Below, piece after piece: positions 27,766 to 41,427 of a stretch of DNA of 64,000 bases. This stretch comes from Octopus vulgaris. Its lineage: Eukaryota. The notes below the pieces were generated by a model that worked only from the letters and a program-made list of their open reading frames with translations, made no database searches and was not told the origin of the DNA. The stretch spans positions 117,056,001-117,120,000 of the forward strand of contig OX597817.1 of NCBI GenBank assembly GCA_951406725.2, given 5' to 3'. A program made the translations under genes and the position numbers. Numbering within the stretch: position 1 is the first letter of the stretch; each line of letters begins with the position of its first letter.

Positions 27766-27950
27766 AAAATCCGTTCTGTCTGTCTCTGTGTGTGTCTTCT
27801 AGGATCTCGGGCATTCCCCATCCGATTGCGCTCAGATTTGATGTGTGGATACCTACGGTATCAGGGCGTGTAGAAGTCTTGAACAAATTACAAAAATCGA
27901 TTTCAGGTGGGAATGCGATCGCTAAAGCCTTAAGAACGTGCATTTGTAAA
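27766..27950 (+). mobile_element. Possible non-autonomous Helitron-like 5' fragment
   Basis: TATATTATAAAA..TTCTGTCTGTCT start followed by CCGATTGCGCTCAGATTTG; resemblance only. Confidence 0.3.
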
Positions 27951-28129
27951 ATCGTTTTTCTTGGAATGTTTATGGTGTGGATAATTTTTATTTCTTCTTT
28001 TGCTGGTGTCTCAAATTTAGTTTAAATCAGTGTTTCTCAAAGGGGAGGCCTATGGGACCTCGGACAAATTGTTTTGAGAAACTTTGGTTTAAATGTTTGA
28101 CAACTCAGCACCGCTCATATATATCAACA

Positions 28130-28183
<54 letters not shown>

Positions 28184-30717
28184 AATATATATGATTCCTT
28201 TCGTAAAATGTGGAAGATCCAGACCTCCAAACCTGTTTGTGTTAAGCCGTCGTATTATGTAAGTTTGCATGAGATGTGTGAATTGACTTACATGTATAAA
28301 CTTCATTTACATGCACAATTGTAGGCGATTAATTTCAATTGCATCCACCCTGTTTAAACAATGTATTATGTGGATATATATATATATCTAATTTCACACG
28401 TCCATACCCTTCTTTACAGACGTCGTGTGTATGTGAAACCTGTTTGATTTGTTTTTTGTATGTCTGAAAGTACGCATGCATGCATGCACGTACGTGATTA
28501 TATTTAGTGTATATTTTCATATGCATGTTAGGACTATGCATCCATGAAATTACCTGGAGACACACATTCTGTGGATGATTGTCTATGACTCCTGTCCACG
28601 ATTTTCCTGCATCGACCAAGTATATACTTATGTACTTTTAGTCCCAGCAATGTGTTGTACACATTGTCCCTACCTACTTCATTCATTTATATACTCCCTA
28701 CTCCATAACACCAAATCCCAGCCTCATTTCACAATGATACCAATGTCATTAAAATGAAAAATTACTTGATCTAAAAATTCTATTTATTCAAACCTTTCTC
28801 GTTTTGCCTCATTATCATTTTTCCACGTCTCTACAAATAGCAGGAAAACTAACTATTGTTAGATACAAGCCATATTGGTGTATATCTATTTACACTAAAA
28901 CTTACGCTAGACCATATTAACCCTCCCCCCTCCCCGCACACAAACGCTCTCTCTCTCCCTTTCCCTTTTCCCTTCTCCCTTTTTCTCTCTCTGTCACTCG
29001 CTCTCTCACACACGCACGAAAACAGAAACGGAAAAGTACACATGCTCAAGCAACCCTTTCATTGCCAAACAGAAGACGAAATCTAAAGCAATTGACCAAC
29101 TCGAGAAGCCAGCGAACCCGACAAATTTGAAAGCGTGGCTCAGAACTTGCGACATGTGTCTGTGTTTGTGTGCGCATGGTGCATGCATGCGTGTGTGTAT
29201 GTTCCTGTGTATGTTTGTGTCTGTTGTTTGTATGTGTTTATGTGTAAGTGCACGTGTGCCATCATCAAATTTAAAATAACTGTATTCACTGTATAGTGTA
29301 CTTACTGTATTTAAAAATCTTTGATTTTAGTTTTGATATGTATATACGTAAATGTCGCTGTATGTAAGAAGTTTGCTTCCAAAACACATGTCTTACTTCA
29401 TATATATATATATATGTGTATGTGTTGTGTGTGTGCGCGTAAGCGTGTGTGTGCGTGCGTGCGTGTGCATGCGCATGTGGGTGTGTGTCAATGTGTTTGT
29501 GTTTGTTTCCCACACTGCTTCATAACCGATGTTGAATATGCACCGTCAGAATATGTACAAGGCTTAAAAATAGAAGAAAAATTCTGGGGTGCATTCGTTC
29601 GTGTAGAAGTTGTTTCAGCCAGTGTCCCAGCGTGGCCATTGTCTAATAATTGAAAAAAGTAAAATATAAAGGATAAATGTAGCACTTTCCTCCCACCTTG
29701 GGCTCTCTCTCACTTTCTCTCACTCTCTGACTTGCTCCCTCATCCGTTTACCCTTCTCTTCTCTCTTTCTCTTTTCATAATCTCCTCCACTTTCTTTCAC
29801 CTTAACTCTCTCTTCTTTCCCTTCCTTTCTCTCTTTATTCATGTCTGTGTACATGTCTTTGTGTGTACGTTGCATAAATTAGCACAAACACGCACATTTG
29901 AACATACACTACACACTGCCCATAATACGAGGAAATTAAATTCAAATTTTGATTCTTAAGATTACGAAAATAGAATTGTAAAATTTCAACTCATGGAATA
30001 ATTAACCTTCATCTGGTAGTATACCCAAAGCTACCAGTAGCTATTCAATGTAGCTGATGCTTGGTCTACATGCAATTACCAGCTCCACTGAAAATATAAA
30101 GAATCACATGAAGAGTTTTAGCCGAATTAATTAACAGCCACTGGCCTTAGATCTTTTCAATAATTTTTATATACCTTCTCATGACAGGCACGCCAAAGTT
30201 CAGATTAATGTCTGAGTTTTAAATATACTAACATAATATGAACAATTATCGATTAATTGTTCGTTTTATAACTCAAATTAGTTGTATTCTTTACCATGCA
30301 AATAATTTCTAGAGTTAGTTTTTACCTCAAGAAAAACATTAACAAAACCAAAATTTATTTTCAGAAACGTTTCTCGAATACTCCTTCTTTAGAGTAAGAA
30401 GAATTGCATGGTTGTGCCGTGGTTAGTGCAATGATAAGGATGACTTTATGAACATTCAAGTATAAACGTGTATTGTAGACAACAGCGGAAAGCTCCTTCT
30501 GGAGATTCGCACTCAACTCATTTTGCTTCCTACACGAAAAATGCATTAAACTATAAATGCGTTGATGTAAACTGATGACGCACCTTCGATTTTGTTTCTT
30601 TTCATCTCCTCCATCTCTCTCCCTCTCTCGCTGTATATACATACATCATGTATATATATATATAATAAATATATAGATAGATGAATGTACATATGTACGT
30701 ATAACCACCTTTATCTT

Positions 30718-30798
<81 letters not shown>

Positions 30799-30799
30799 C

Positions 30800-30875
<76 letters not shown>

Positions 30876-31244
30876 TTATTCCTCACCATACCACATTTCA
30901 CCTATCGCAGTTGATTATTTAAGCTAACGTCGATTAGTCCGTGGTGGTGTTTTGCATTAATAATGAAATGAATATATGCAAATTATAGAAAAAGAACCAT
31001 ATACAATACGTTTTCTACTTCGCGGATTGTCACCTAATCGGGGGGGGGGAGGAGGTATGGAGTGTAACACCCGCGATAGTTGGATAGGTGAGGGATTACT
31101 ATATATATATGTGTGTATATATATATATATATATAATATATATATATGAATATATATATATACATATATATACACCTGTAAATGCATATATGTATGAACG
31201 TAAGTATATATATATATATATATCTATATATAAACACACGCGCA

Positions 31245-33280
31245 CACACACATCACAGAAGTAAATAGACACCCTTATAATCATTAAAATATATTTAAAT
31301 CTGAAATTATGCATTCAAAGTATTTATTAATTGTTATAATGTGAATATGTAATATTTAGTAGACATCACCTTTGCATTTTTCAATGCAAGGATCTTATCA
31401 GAAATGTAGCTGATCAGATGACGAATATTTTCTTGTTTCGTTTCATGCTGTAATCTCAAACGATCTATCTTTGTAGATGCTCTCTCGATCTTTTTATGAA
31501 ATATCCTGTCCATTATGTTCCAAATGTGTTTAATATGTTTCATATATGGTGACTGGCTTGGCCATGAAAGCTTTTTAATACCATTCTCATCCAGCAATTT
31601 TTAGTTCATGTTAGCCGTGTGACGAAGAACCCCATCTTCCATAAATATGGAGTCTTCTTTAATAATTTCACCACTGGGGAAGATTGGAAGGAGTCCTTTC
31701 TTCAATATGGAATCATTTATTTGAGTTTATGCTTCTCTCACACTCCACTAGCTCTGATCAGAGCTCCCCAGACCATCACAGAATTGCGTATCAAATTCCA
31801 AGACGGTTCTGTAGGATTTCAGTATAGTTTGGACGTTATTTCTAACTCATCGAGCAACTACGTAGAAGCTACCTTGTTGATTTATATTCTGTCTTGTTCA
31901 CCGCCTATATGTCCAATGTCGAGTGTTTCCAGAGTGCTGTGAAAAGACGTTTCCTTTTCCAAAAAATGACGAAGCTCATATTCAAACACTTATGACATTT
32001 TTTCTACTTCGCGGATTGTCACCTAATCGGGGGAGACGAGTGAATGACTATCAGTCACAGTGAGCTCAATACATATACCTTTATAGTTTATATATACCTT
32101 CAAGAAACCATCCCAAATACAATCGGTTCATATACTTCCTTTTGCATTTCCACGTATTCTATGAGAATATACGTATACATTCACACACCTATATCAAGAA
32201 TATGCATACATATATATACATAAGTATGTAAATGTGCATGTATGTTTAACTATATACATTAACGATACGTACAATACATACATGTGAACATACATACACA
32301 CATTCACATGCATATCTTTATACATAAGTATTATTACATGGAAAAATGCGGGCAAGGGGAATAATAATCTTAAGATAATAAATATTGAAAAGTACAGGAC
32401 AGGTTATTACACTTGGAAAAGTTCAGGACAAGTTATTACATATGGTAAAGTACAGAACGAAAACAATTTTACTTAAAATATTGCAGCTAAGGATAAAATT
32501 TCAAATAATATATTTTGATTTAGAAAATATTAGCTTTCCAGACCATCACAGAATAGCTGTTGTGTTTCATTGTTGGTTGTAATCTTTTCATATCAAATTC
32601 TATATCACAGAGTCTTCAGAGCCACATTCGACCACTGTCAGGAGATACAGCAAATAGGCACTCGTCAAAGAATATGACAGCGTCCCAAAATGGTACTGGC
32701 CTGTCCACCATCTCATTGGCCCAATCTTTTCTCCGCTTGATGTTGGCTGGTCAAAGAAGTGGCTTGCTCCTTGCTGCTCTGCCAAAGTAAATAAGTTTGT
32801 GGAGATACCTGATAGCTGTTCTGGGACTGACACCAACCAACTTTGTAGAGATACTTGAAAATTGTTCTCAGACGGCTAACATCAACTTGTTCTGTTGTGT
32901 CAGTGGCCTACCAACGAGCATTATCCACAACACATACCTTAGCAAAGAGAAGAGCCTTGCCAGAGGGCCCTGGTTGATCTGGGGGTGGATGATGTTGATT
33001 CCTTCCCCATTCTGGTGAATTGCACAATCACTCTATTAACTGTATGAAGCGGGATCTCAAGGTTTTCTGCGATTTCGTACTATGTCCACTTTCCAAATGA
33101 CTCTACAGCCTCTTTGAAATTCAAATAGCTCCAAGGCTTCTTTTGTACTTAGCATAATTAAAGAGTCACATACAGAACCTGAAACCTAAAAATGTCAAGT
33201 AATAAAAATATTAAATTTTACAAATTAGAATAAACATTAAACGATGTTTTATGGAGTCTCTACTTCTGTCATGTATGTGC
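31245..33280 (-). mobile_element. Tc1-family transposon relic or relics, with degenerate TIRs
   Basis: N-terminal part 33170-32535: EIAENLEIPLHTVNRVI, RAARSKPLL, FWDAVIFFDE, QPTMKH..SVMVW. C-terminal part 31800-31334: SVMVWGA, EDG..RHTA, WPSQSP, AKVMSTKY. CATCACAGAAGTA near 31251 is inverted as TACTTCTGTCATG near 33261. Confidence 0.85.
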
Positions 33281-33645
33281 GGGCTCATATATATATATGA
33301 TAACATTAATTGTATTGACAGCGATAATGATACTAACTTTAATGACACTTTGGAAACTATTATGAAGTAATATAATGTACTATTGACTATGTATATTTAC
33401 ATCTAGGTATTAATTTGTGTGTGTAACTTATCACAATATTAAGTCGAAAAACTGAGACATTGGGTGTGGAACACATATATATGTTTACTGATTTATATTA
33501 TTTATTTATATCATTACGTAAATGTATATTTTTTTATATGTATAGGAGTGTGAGTATATGCACTCATATGTATATATATATGTTGTATTATGGGTACGCA
33601 CCCACACCCATGAGGGTATATGCGTAGACTGTGTTATATTACATA

Positions 33646-33772
33646 ATCTCCGAAGAAGCCTTGTGATATTTTTGTTAATGTCTCATTTATATCTATATAT
33701 TGACCAACCATAAAGGGCTAATATTGGTAAAATGAGACATAATTATCGACATGGCCGAAACACCTGTAAGAT
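33646..33772 (+). ncRNA. Hammerhead-like motif with ~100-nt stem II and CCGAAGA core
   Basis: ATCT/AGAT stem I; CCGAAGA; stem II GCC..GGC enclosing ATGTCTCATTT/AAATGAGACAT; GAAAC-acct-GTA. Confidence 0.6.
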
Positions 33773-34017
33773 CTAATTTATACTTATATTTATGTTTACT
33801 TGTATTTATATTCTTTTTTATATATATTCTAATTATTATACAACATTACTCTTATATGTACACTTTTTTATGTACATTCCTTTATGTAGACTGATTTGTT
33901 CTGCTTTGTATATTTAACCCTACAGTCTCTTATGTGGTGGTCTAATAATGTATGTGATTGAGTATTATCTGGTAATTGATATTTGATTTAGATGTATTTC
34001 TCCATTTTCTTATCTTG

Positions 34018-34058
<41 letters not shown>

Positions 34059-34080
34059 CTACATATACATGTATATGTAT

Positions 34081-34578
34081 GTCAGGTCACTTTCGAGTGC
34101 TACTGGTAACATGTAACCCAGTACAATCTGTTGCATGGTCGGGTCATCGGCGACTAAACTGGCAACCCCACCGAGCTTTCTTGGTGAGGGTGTTTCTTGG
34201 ACACTTTGCGGGAAAAAAAACAAAACCCGTCAAAGGGCGGAGGAACTCTTGAGAGTCAACGGCCATCCAATAAATGTCTTAAGGATGTATCATGCGCGGG
34301 GACATAGAAATAATCGGATTGAATACCTGATCGCGCGTTTAAACCATTGGGAGTGAAGGACTCCTAGCCTTTGTTAGGGCATCCTACTAGGAGAAGGACT
34401 CTTAGCCTTTGTTAGGGCATCCTTCTAGGTAACTCAGGTAACTGGGATAACTCCGACATAAAACCTGCGGCTCAGTGGTTACCGATGATGTTGACTTGTT
34501 CTTCTTTTCGTATTATGGCTGCTGTTGCTTAGTGAGTGTGATTGACTCAGTGCACAGCCTTTTCTCACTTTAAAAAAA
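34081..34578 (+). mobile_element. Short non-coding retroelement, probably RTE-related, with ~38-bp internal duplication and A-tail
   Basis: GC-richer island; TAGGGCATCC..CTAGGAGAAGG motif duplicated at about 34357-34430; ends TAAAAAAA. Confidence 0.45.
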
Positions 34579-34683
34579 CATATTCTTGCACAGGCATTGC
34601 ACGATAACAACATTGATTAAGCTTCGTGCAATGGATATACTCGATAACGAGGGAGCAGCCAACATGTATGTACACATATATAT

Positions 34684-34734
<51 letters not shown>

Positions 34735-34741
<7 letters not shown>

Positions 34742-35546
34742 TACAAGATAAGGGCAAAAGAAAAATTCTAATGCCAAATATGCAGAAAAAAAGACAAAAC
34801 TTTTCAATAACCATTATAATTTATGCGTCTCCAAACAAACCGATAGAAATCTCTAAAAAATTCGTTATTATGTATTGGTCCAATTTCGGGGTTAAGTAAT
34901 AATAATTTTTCCCCTCTTCAGCGGCAAATACGCGAGATATAAGAGAAATACTTACTCATGCTCATCGAAAAAGTAAGCACTAATTCCTGAGCAGACATAA
35001 GTAGCCCAAATATATCCAAAATACAAAAAATCTTCGACACATCTCGAGGTACGTGTGATTCGAACTAGAAACTATCACAGAATGAGAGAATCCGGAAGTG
35101 AACACTATTCTCATTCTGTGAAAGTTTCTAGGTCGAATCACACGTGTCTCGAGATGTGCCGAAGATTTTTTCTATTTTGGATATATTGGGCTACTTATGT
35201 CTGCTCAGGACTTAGTGCATACTTTTTCCATGGGTATGAGTAAGTATTTCACTTATATCTCGCGTATTTGCCACTGAAGAGGGGAAAATTTATTATTAAT
35301 TAACCCCGAAATTGGACCAATACGGTAATAACGAATTTTTTAGAGATTTCTATCGGTTTGTTTCGAGACGCATAAATTATAATGGTTATTGAAAAGTTTT
35401 GTCTTTTTTTCGGCATATTTGGCATTAGAATTTTTCTTTTGCCCTTATCTTATAAATTTTTTATAAATTTAACCTCTAAAGGTATTTTTTGATATGCTAA
35501 CCATTGATAAAATTTTTATCCCGCAAAAAATTTTATCCTACATTAG

Positions 35547-35547
<1 letters not shown>
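34735..35547. mobile_element. Fold-back (inverted pLTR) element with ~360-bp arms, two hammerhead motifs and an ~85-bp unpaired right tail
   Basis: 34735-35090 is the reverse complement of about 35107-35461; hammerheads at 34868-34927(-) and 35268-35328(+); (TA)n flanks. Confidence 0.85.
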
Positions 35548-35635
<88 letters not shown>

Positions 35636-36497
35636 TATACGTATGCATGTATAAATATTACATGTTATGTGTGTGCATGCATTTGTGTACCTGTGTTTGT
35701 ATAAGATTGTGTCTGTGTGGCATGGCATCAAAACATTGGAGGCGTTTCTTCAACGTAGTTTACCATAATATCTATTGTTGACAGCAGTATACCAAATTTT
35801 AGTTTCCTTTTACTCCTTCTTCCCCGTCGCGCACACCCTTCCGTTCCCACATTTTCATCTCTTTTTCTCAGTATTTTGCTTCTATTGTACATTGCTGCTG
35901 TCTTGCTTGTTATTGGTTGAACTGTGGGATGTGATATTTTCTTTCGTTCTTATAGTGCACTATTATCTCTTCAACAGTCTTTTCAAATATCTTTTCAGCA
36001 TTTACTTTCACTATAACCCCTTCAACGACGTCTTTCTTTTATAGTCTTCTTTACAAACTGATATAACGTCTGAGGTGTCGTTTGCAGTGGAAAACAAGTG
36101 TAACTTTGACACTATTTCTCAGTGGTTTTCGTCACGTTTGCGCTATTGTTTTTGCACAATTCACTGTTTTTTCTACTATATGTCTTTTTCATCTTATTTT
36201 GTCAACTTCGTGGCAGTTGCTTTATGGGCTTTTAATCATTTTGATGGCTGGAGAATCTGCTTACTGTTTGGACGAATTTGCCTAATATACTATATAAATG
36301 TTATCATAATACCATTTAATTTACTTATAAGTCTATAAACATATGTATGTGTCTAACACTGCGTGTGTGGGCCTTTGGATGTGTGGGTGTACTTAAATAT
36401 TCACAAGGCTATATGTAATTCTATTTGAAATATACTTAATGGAGTGACCAGTGTAGTTTAAAACAGAGTACTTGAGGTTACAAAGTTATTTTAAATG

Positions 36498-36499
<2 letters not shown>

Positions 36500-36543
<44 letters not shown>

Positions 36544-36978
36544 TATATATATATATATATATATAAATGCATATATACATATACATATATACATATATAC
36601 ATATATATACATGTATATATATATACATATAGATATATACACATATATACTTATATATATATGCATATATACATATATATTCATATATATACATACATAT
36701 ATATATGCATATACATATATATATACACACATACATATTTTCATATATGCATACATATATTTATATATATATACATATATCCATACATCTATACCATACA
36801 CACATACATACATACTTACATACATATATACATACAAACATACATACATACATACATACATACATGCATACATACATACATACATACACACATACATACA
36901 TACATACATACATACATACATACATACATACATACATACATACATACATACATACATACATACATACGTACGTACATA
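36500..36978. repeat. Compound (TA)n/(TACA)n microsatellite
   Basis: direct reading. Confidence 0.95.
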
Positions 36979-37599
36979 TAGAGAACTAGCTTTAATATTT
37001 AGAGAACTTTATCATGGAAGACAAATTTGTGGGGAAGTTTTAAAATGATCTCTTCAGACTGGAATAAAGTAGAACAGTAATGTATAAAATAAGATAATCT
37101 TGCATTATATTATTTATGGAATTTCACATGTTTTCTCTTTAGAGATCACGTGGTGCATTATCTCGTTCCCTCCTGGTTGTTGTATTTTGGAAGTAGTTAA
37201 CGCTTAATAAATGTGGTAGCAGGTGAGCCTGTTGGCGGTGAGAGGAGGAATGGTAGTACATCTAGCTAGTAGTTGTGGTGTTTGCTTACAGTAGCTACTC
37301 ATACATAACTTGGTTGTAGATCTGATGGTGGTCTCAGTAAGGTTTGCAGTATTGTTGATGATGGTTATTATCTCCCTTTGTCCATTATAGGTATTCACAC
37401 GTGCTTGAGATTTAGTGATGTAACACATATCTGTATTAATGCGTTGGTGTTAAGTTCTATTACCAAATTTAGATAAAACAAATCGTAAATCTGGTTGTGA
37501 CATGCACATGTACCTATATGTTCATTGAATCCTATTAGTCTATACTACCGTATTTATATATTGAACACATATTATGAATGAAGAATGGATTAAACACGA

Positions 37600-39060
37600 T
37601 ATTTCAAAAACTATTTAGGCGATGGGATTTGCATATAAATAGAGAAATGTGAGTGTGTGTGTTCAATTAGCGCTTTCATACGTTCGTAGTAATCATCTGC
37701 TGAGTTGAGCTCCTGACAACTGTAGTAAAATGACAGTCTTCGTATCTATACCAATGGATGGCTCCCACAAGCTGAAATTTAGGAATACTGCTTTGACCAA
37801 TCAGCATGCAGCTTAAACGTCACAGTTTGTCTGGCGCACCGATATTAATGACATAGATCCTGCCTTCATTTTAATCAATTAGCTTGTGGTTTACACGTCA
37901 TGGTTTTATGGATGAGCAAAATTAGCTGGTTTCGATCGTTTTTATTTCAAACGATGGGAGTCCTCTGTAATTCGTTTATATTCATATGTTCAAGATATTT
38001 TTTTTAATCCACACCATTAACTGGTAGTTATATTATTGTTGTTATTTCCATTCAGGATAGGTTTGAATATTGCAATGAAATATTTGTCTTTTATCTTTCT
38101 TCCAACCTCACTTGTATCATGTAGTTTGTGGAAAGGAAAGATTACAAACATATTCTGACCACATGTTTCTATATGTTCACTCAATGGAATTTAGCGAACA
38201 TTAGTGTTCCAGATTTGTTGCCTGTGAATTCGTGAACGTTCCGATAACGCATTCCCCGTCTCAATAATGCATAGTTTCTCGCAATTAAGGCGTTTAATGA
38301 AGTAGATGAAATTTCTGCTTTTGTAGTTCATATATGCATTTGTGGAAATCTCTCCCCTTTTTGTTCTAATGAAACTGCTAGTATGCATGTATTGACACGT
38401 TCCACATATGTTATCACTACGCTCAGATACTGTGAATGTTTTATTCTGTTTGTTCATGCTGTTCATGTTGTATTTGTTAATAGTTTTCTAAGGTTATGGG
38501 GTCGCCTTTTGCTTAAGGTAAGTGTTTGGTCAATCATTATGTTTTCTAACTATTTCACTATGTGTCATGATTGGCAAATTTGTTTTGATGATGTTAAAAA
38601 TGTTCTGGTCATGTGGATTGTGTGATACTAGAAATGGTATTGTGCTTCGAGGACGTGTTCGTCTTTCTAGTGTTGCCCTAAGTTATTCTATAGGTATCCT
38701 TTTGTTCGTTGTCTGCTACTTTCTATAAGTAGGGGAGGGTATTTTACTTGAGCAGTAATCCTTTGAATTCTAAAAGTCGTATGTTCCTGGTATTTGGATC
38801 ATCTACTATAGTACAAATTTTCCTTGGTAGACAGTACGGAATTTTGCGTTTTGCGCGTGTGTTTGTTGGCATGATTTGAAATTTAGATACTGGAGTGTAT
38901 CTGTACTTTTGTAATAAATATTAGTTGTGATTGTGGTGTTGTTTTTAATTAGCATTGTGTCAAGAAATTGTAATTGTGTGTTGCTAATGTCTCTCGTAAA
39001 TTTTATAGCAGGGTGTAGAACGTTGAGGCGGGTACTAAATTCTTCCAGATCTTCTAGGGG
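37600..39060 (-). mobile_element. 5'-truncated decayed Penelope-like element (RT C-terminus, GIY-YIG, 3' repeat)
   Basis: LNVLHPAIKFT..QFLD..YYKSTDT.QYLNFKSC; CGTC..KSRNFIYFI..C..IIETG..R.RIHRQQI; LSEHIETC..KYFIAIFKPILN. Confidence 0.88.
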
Positions 39061-39116
39061 ACAAACAGACACACAACCGAATGCACACACATACATACAC
39101 GCACACACACACATAC

Positions 39117-39162
<46 letters not shown>

Positions 39163-39171
39163 GTACATATA

Positions 39172-39330
39172 TATGACGGGCTTCTTTCAGTTTCCGTCAA
39201 CCAAATCCACTCACAAGGATTTGGTCGGCCCTGGACTATAGTTGATGATACTTACCCAAGGTGCTACGCACTGGGACTGAACCCGGAACCATGTGGTTCG
39301 TTAGCAAGCTACATACCACAAACCCAATCC

Positions 39331-39335
<5 letters not shown>
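39172..39335 (-). mobile_element. tRNA-SINE 5' half
   Basis: homologous to 40060-40217. Confidence 0.8.
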
Positions 39336-39389
<54 letters not shown>

Positions 39390-39778
39390 GAAAAAGAGAA
39401 AGAGGGAGAGATATATAGAAAGATAGATCGATACTTAGCGAAAATAGAGGGAGAGAGAATGTCTTCAGTCAAATTGCGGAAACGTGTTTTACTCATTTAA
39501 AATTATAACTGTAATTTTCATAATAAAGTATTAGATGCAAATTATAGTATTCAGATTCGTAGATTCCGAAATATATTTTATATGTAATACATTCACACAA
39601 TTAACTTCACAAAACGGATTAGTGTACACGGTCTAAATAGTGTTCCACCAGCACTTACGTATAGGCTCTTCATGCAGAATTAACGCTGGAAAAAATTTCG
39701 AGTCTTGTCATTTTATTCATAATGGTCAATTATTTTCACACACTACAATATCCCATCAAACATTCTACTGATTTTTTA

Positions 39779-39809
<31 letters not shown>

Positions 39810-39818
39810 CAAATATAT

Positions 39819-40214
39819 ACTCTTTTACTCTTTTACTTGTTTCAGTCATTTGACTGCGGCCATGCTGGAGCATCGCCTTTAATCGAGCAACTCAACCCCG
39901 GGACTTATTCTTTGTAAGCCCAGTACTTATTCTATCGGTCTCTTTTGCCGAACCGCTAAGTGACGGGGACATAAACACACCAGCTTCGGTTGTCAAGCAA
40001 TGCTATGGGGACGCAAACACACACACACACACACATATATATATTTATACGTACATATATATGACGGGCTTCTTTCAGTTTCCGTACCAACTCCACTCAC
40101 AAGGCTTTGGTCGGCCCCAGGCTATAGTAGAAGACACTTGCCCAGGGTGCCACGCAGTAGGACTGAACCCGGAACCATGCGGCTGGTAAACAAGCTTCTT
40201 ACCACACAGCCACT

Positions 40215-40217
<3 letters not shown>
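39819..40217 (-). mobile_element. Full-length tRNA-derived SINE with internal CA/TA tract and (GTAAAAGA)n tail
   Basis: A box TGGCTGTGTGG, B box GGTTCAGTCC, repeated tail CTCTTTTA on the plus strand. Confidence 0.88.
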
Positions 40218-40243
<26 letters not shown>

Positions 40244-40251
<8 letters not shown>

Positions 40252-40991
40252 AAAGGGCTTAGTAAAATAAATTACTTTGCCGCATACTGAACTCATTAGA
40301 AATAGCAGCTAAAAAAACTTTTTTAAAGCTATTTCTAATACTTAAAGAAAATCTCTCTCATATAGTGTTTGCTTAACTCAACTCACGAAAGTTTGGGGGT
40401 AAGGACATCAAAAAATCAAATGCAAAGGTTATTTGAGAACGTACGTTTCAAGATTAGTCAACACGACACTTCTATCATCAGCTCAGAAACTCCTTGGTTT
40501 TGATTTGAAAACACTGAAAGTAAGAGCATACCCTTTCGGCCTCTCATCGCTTTCGAAGATCTGCTCGTAACTAAGTTACGAGCAGATCTTCGAAAGCGAT
40601 GAGAGGCCGAAAGGGTATGCTCTTACTTTCAGTGTTTTCAAATCCAAATCAAGGAGTTTCTGAGCTGATGATAGAAGTGTCGTGTTGACTAATCTTGAAA
40701 CGTACGTTCTCAAATAACCTTTGCATTTGATTTTTTGATGTCCTTACCCCCAAACTTTCGTGAGTTGAGTTAAGCAAACACTATATGAGAGAGATTTTCT
40801 TTAAGTATTAGAAATAGCTTTAAAAAAGTTTTTTAGCTGCTATTTCTAATGAGTTCAGTATGCGGCAAAGTAATTTATTTTACTAAGCCCTTTTATATAA
40901 TGTAATAATTTGAATTCGCCTTAAATGGTCCCTTTGCATACTGAACACTTGGTGAAATTGATTAATAATTAATTAATTTTACCCTCAATTG

Positions 40992-40996
<5 letters not shown>
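40244..40996. mobile_element. Near-perfect ~658-bp palindrome with 1-nt centre, two hammerhead motifs and a ~95-bp right tail
   Basis: arms 40244-40572 and 40574-40901, about 2 mismatches and 1 indel by eye; (TA)n flanks. Confidence 0.9.
40661..40712 (+). ncRNA. Type I hammerhead with palindromic stem III (mirror copy at 40434-40485, minus strand)
   Basis: TGAG-CTGATGA-[AGA..GTC/GAC..TCT]-GAA-ACGTACGT-T-CTCA; GUU triplet. Confidence 0.78.
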
Positions 40997-41076
<80 letters not shown>

Positions 41077-41364
41077 CATACGTATATCTCTGTATGTATA
41101 TTGGTAACATATATATATATACATATATATATGCATATTTATATACGAATGTATGTATATCGGTAATATATATCTATGTATATACATATATTTTGATAAT
41201 AATTGGCTGAAATAACATAATGTCTCAAGGGCAAAAACATTTATGCTTTAGCACTTAAAAAACGCATGAAACTCTCGGGACATAAGACGCTATCTTACTT
41301 CTACCAGTTATCAATTAATAATATTAATATATATACTCATGCTTTGATTTTATTGTTTGTATGC

Positions 41365-41426
<62 letters not shown>

Positions 41427-41427
41427 T

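Noticed and set aside
36472-37048. YI/HT-rich ORFs here and throughout the window
   Set aside because: Translations of TA, CA and TACA microsatellites
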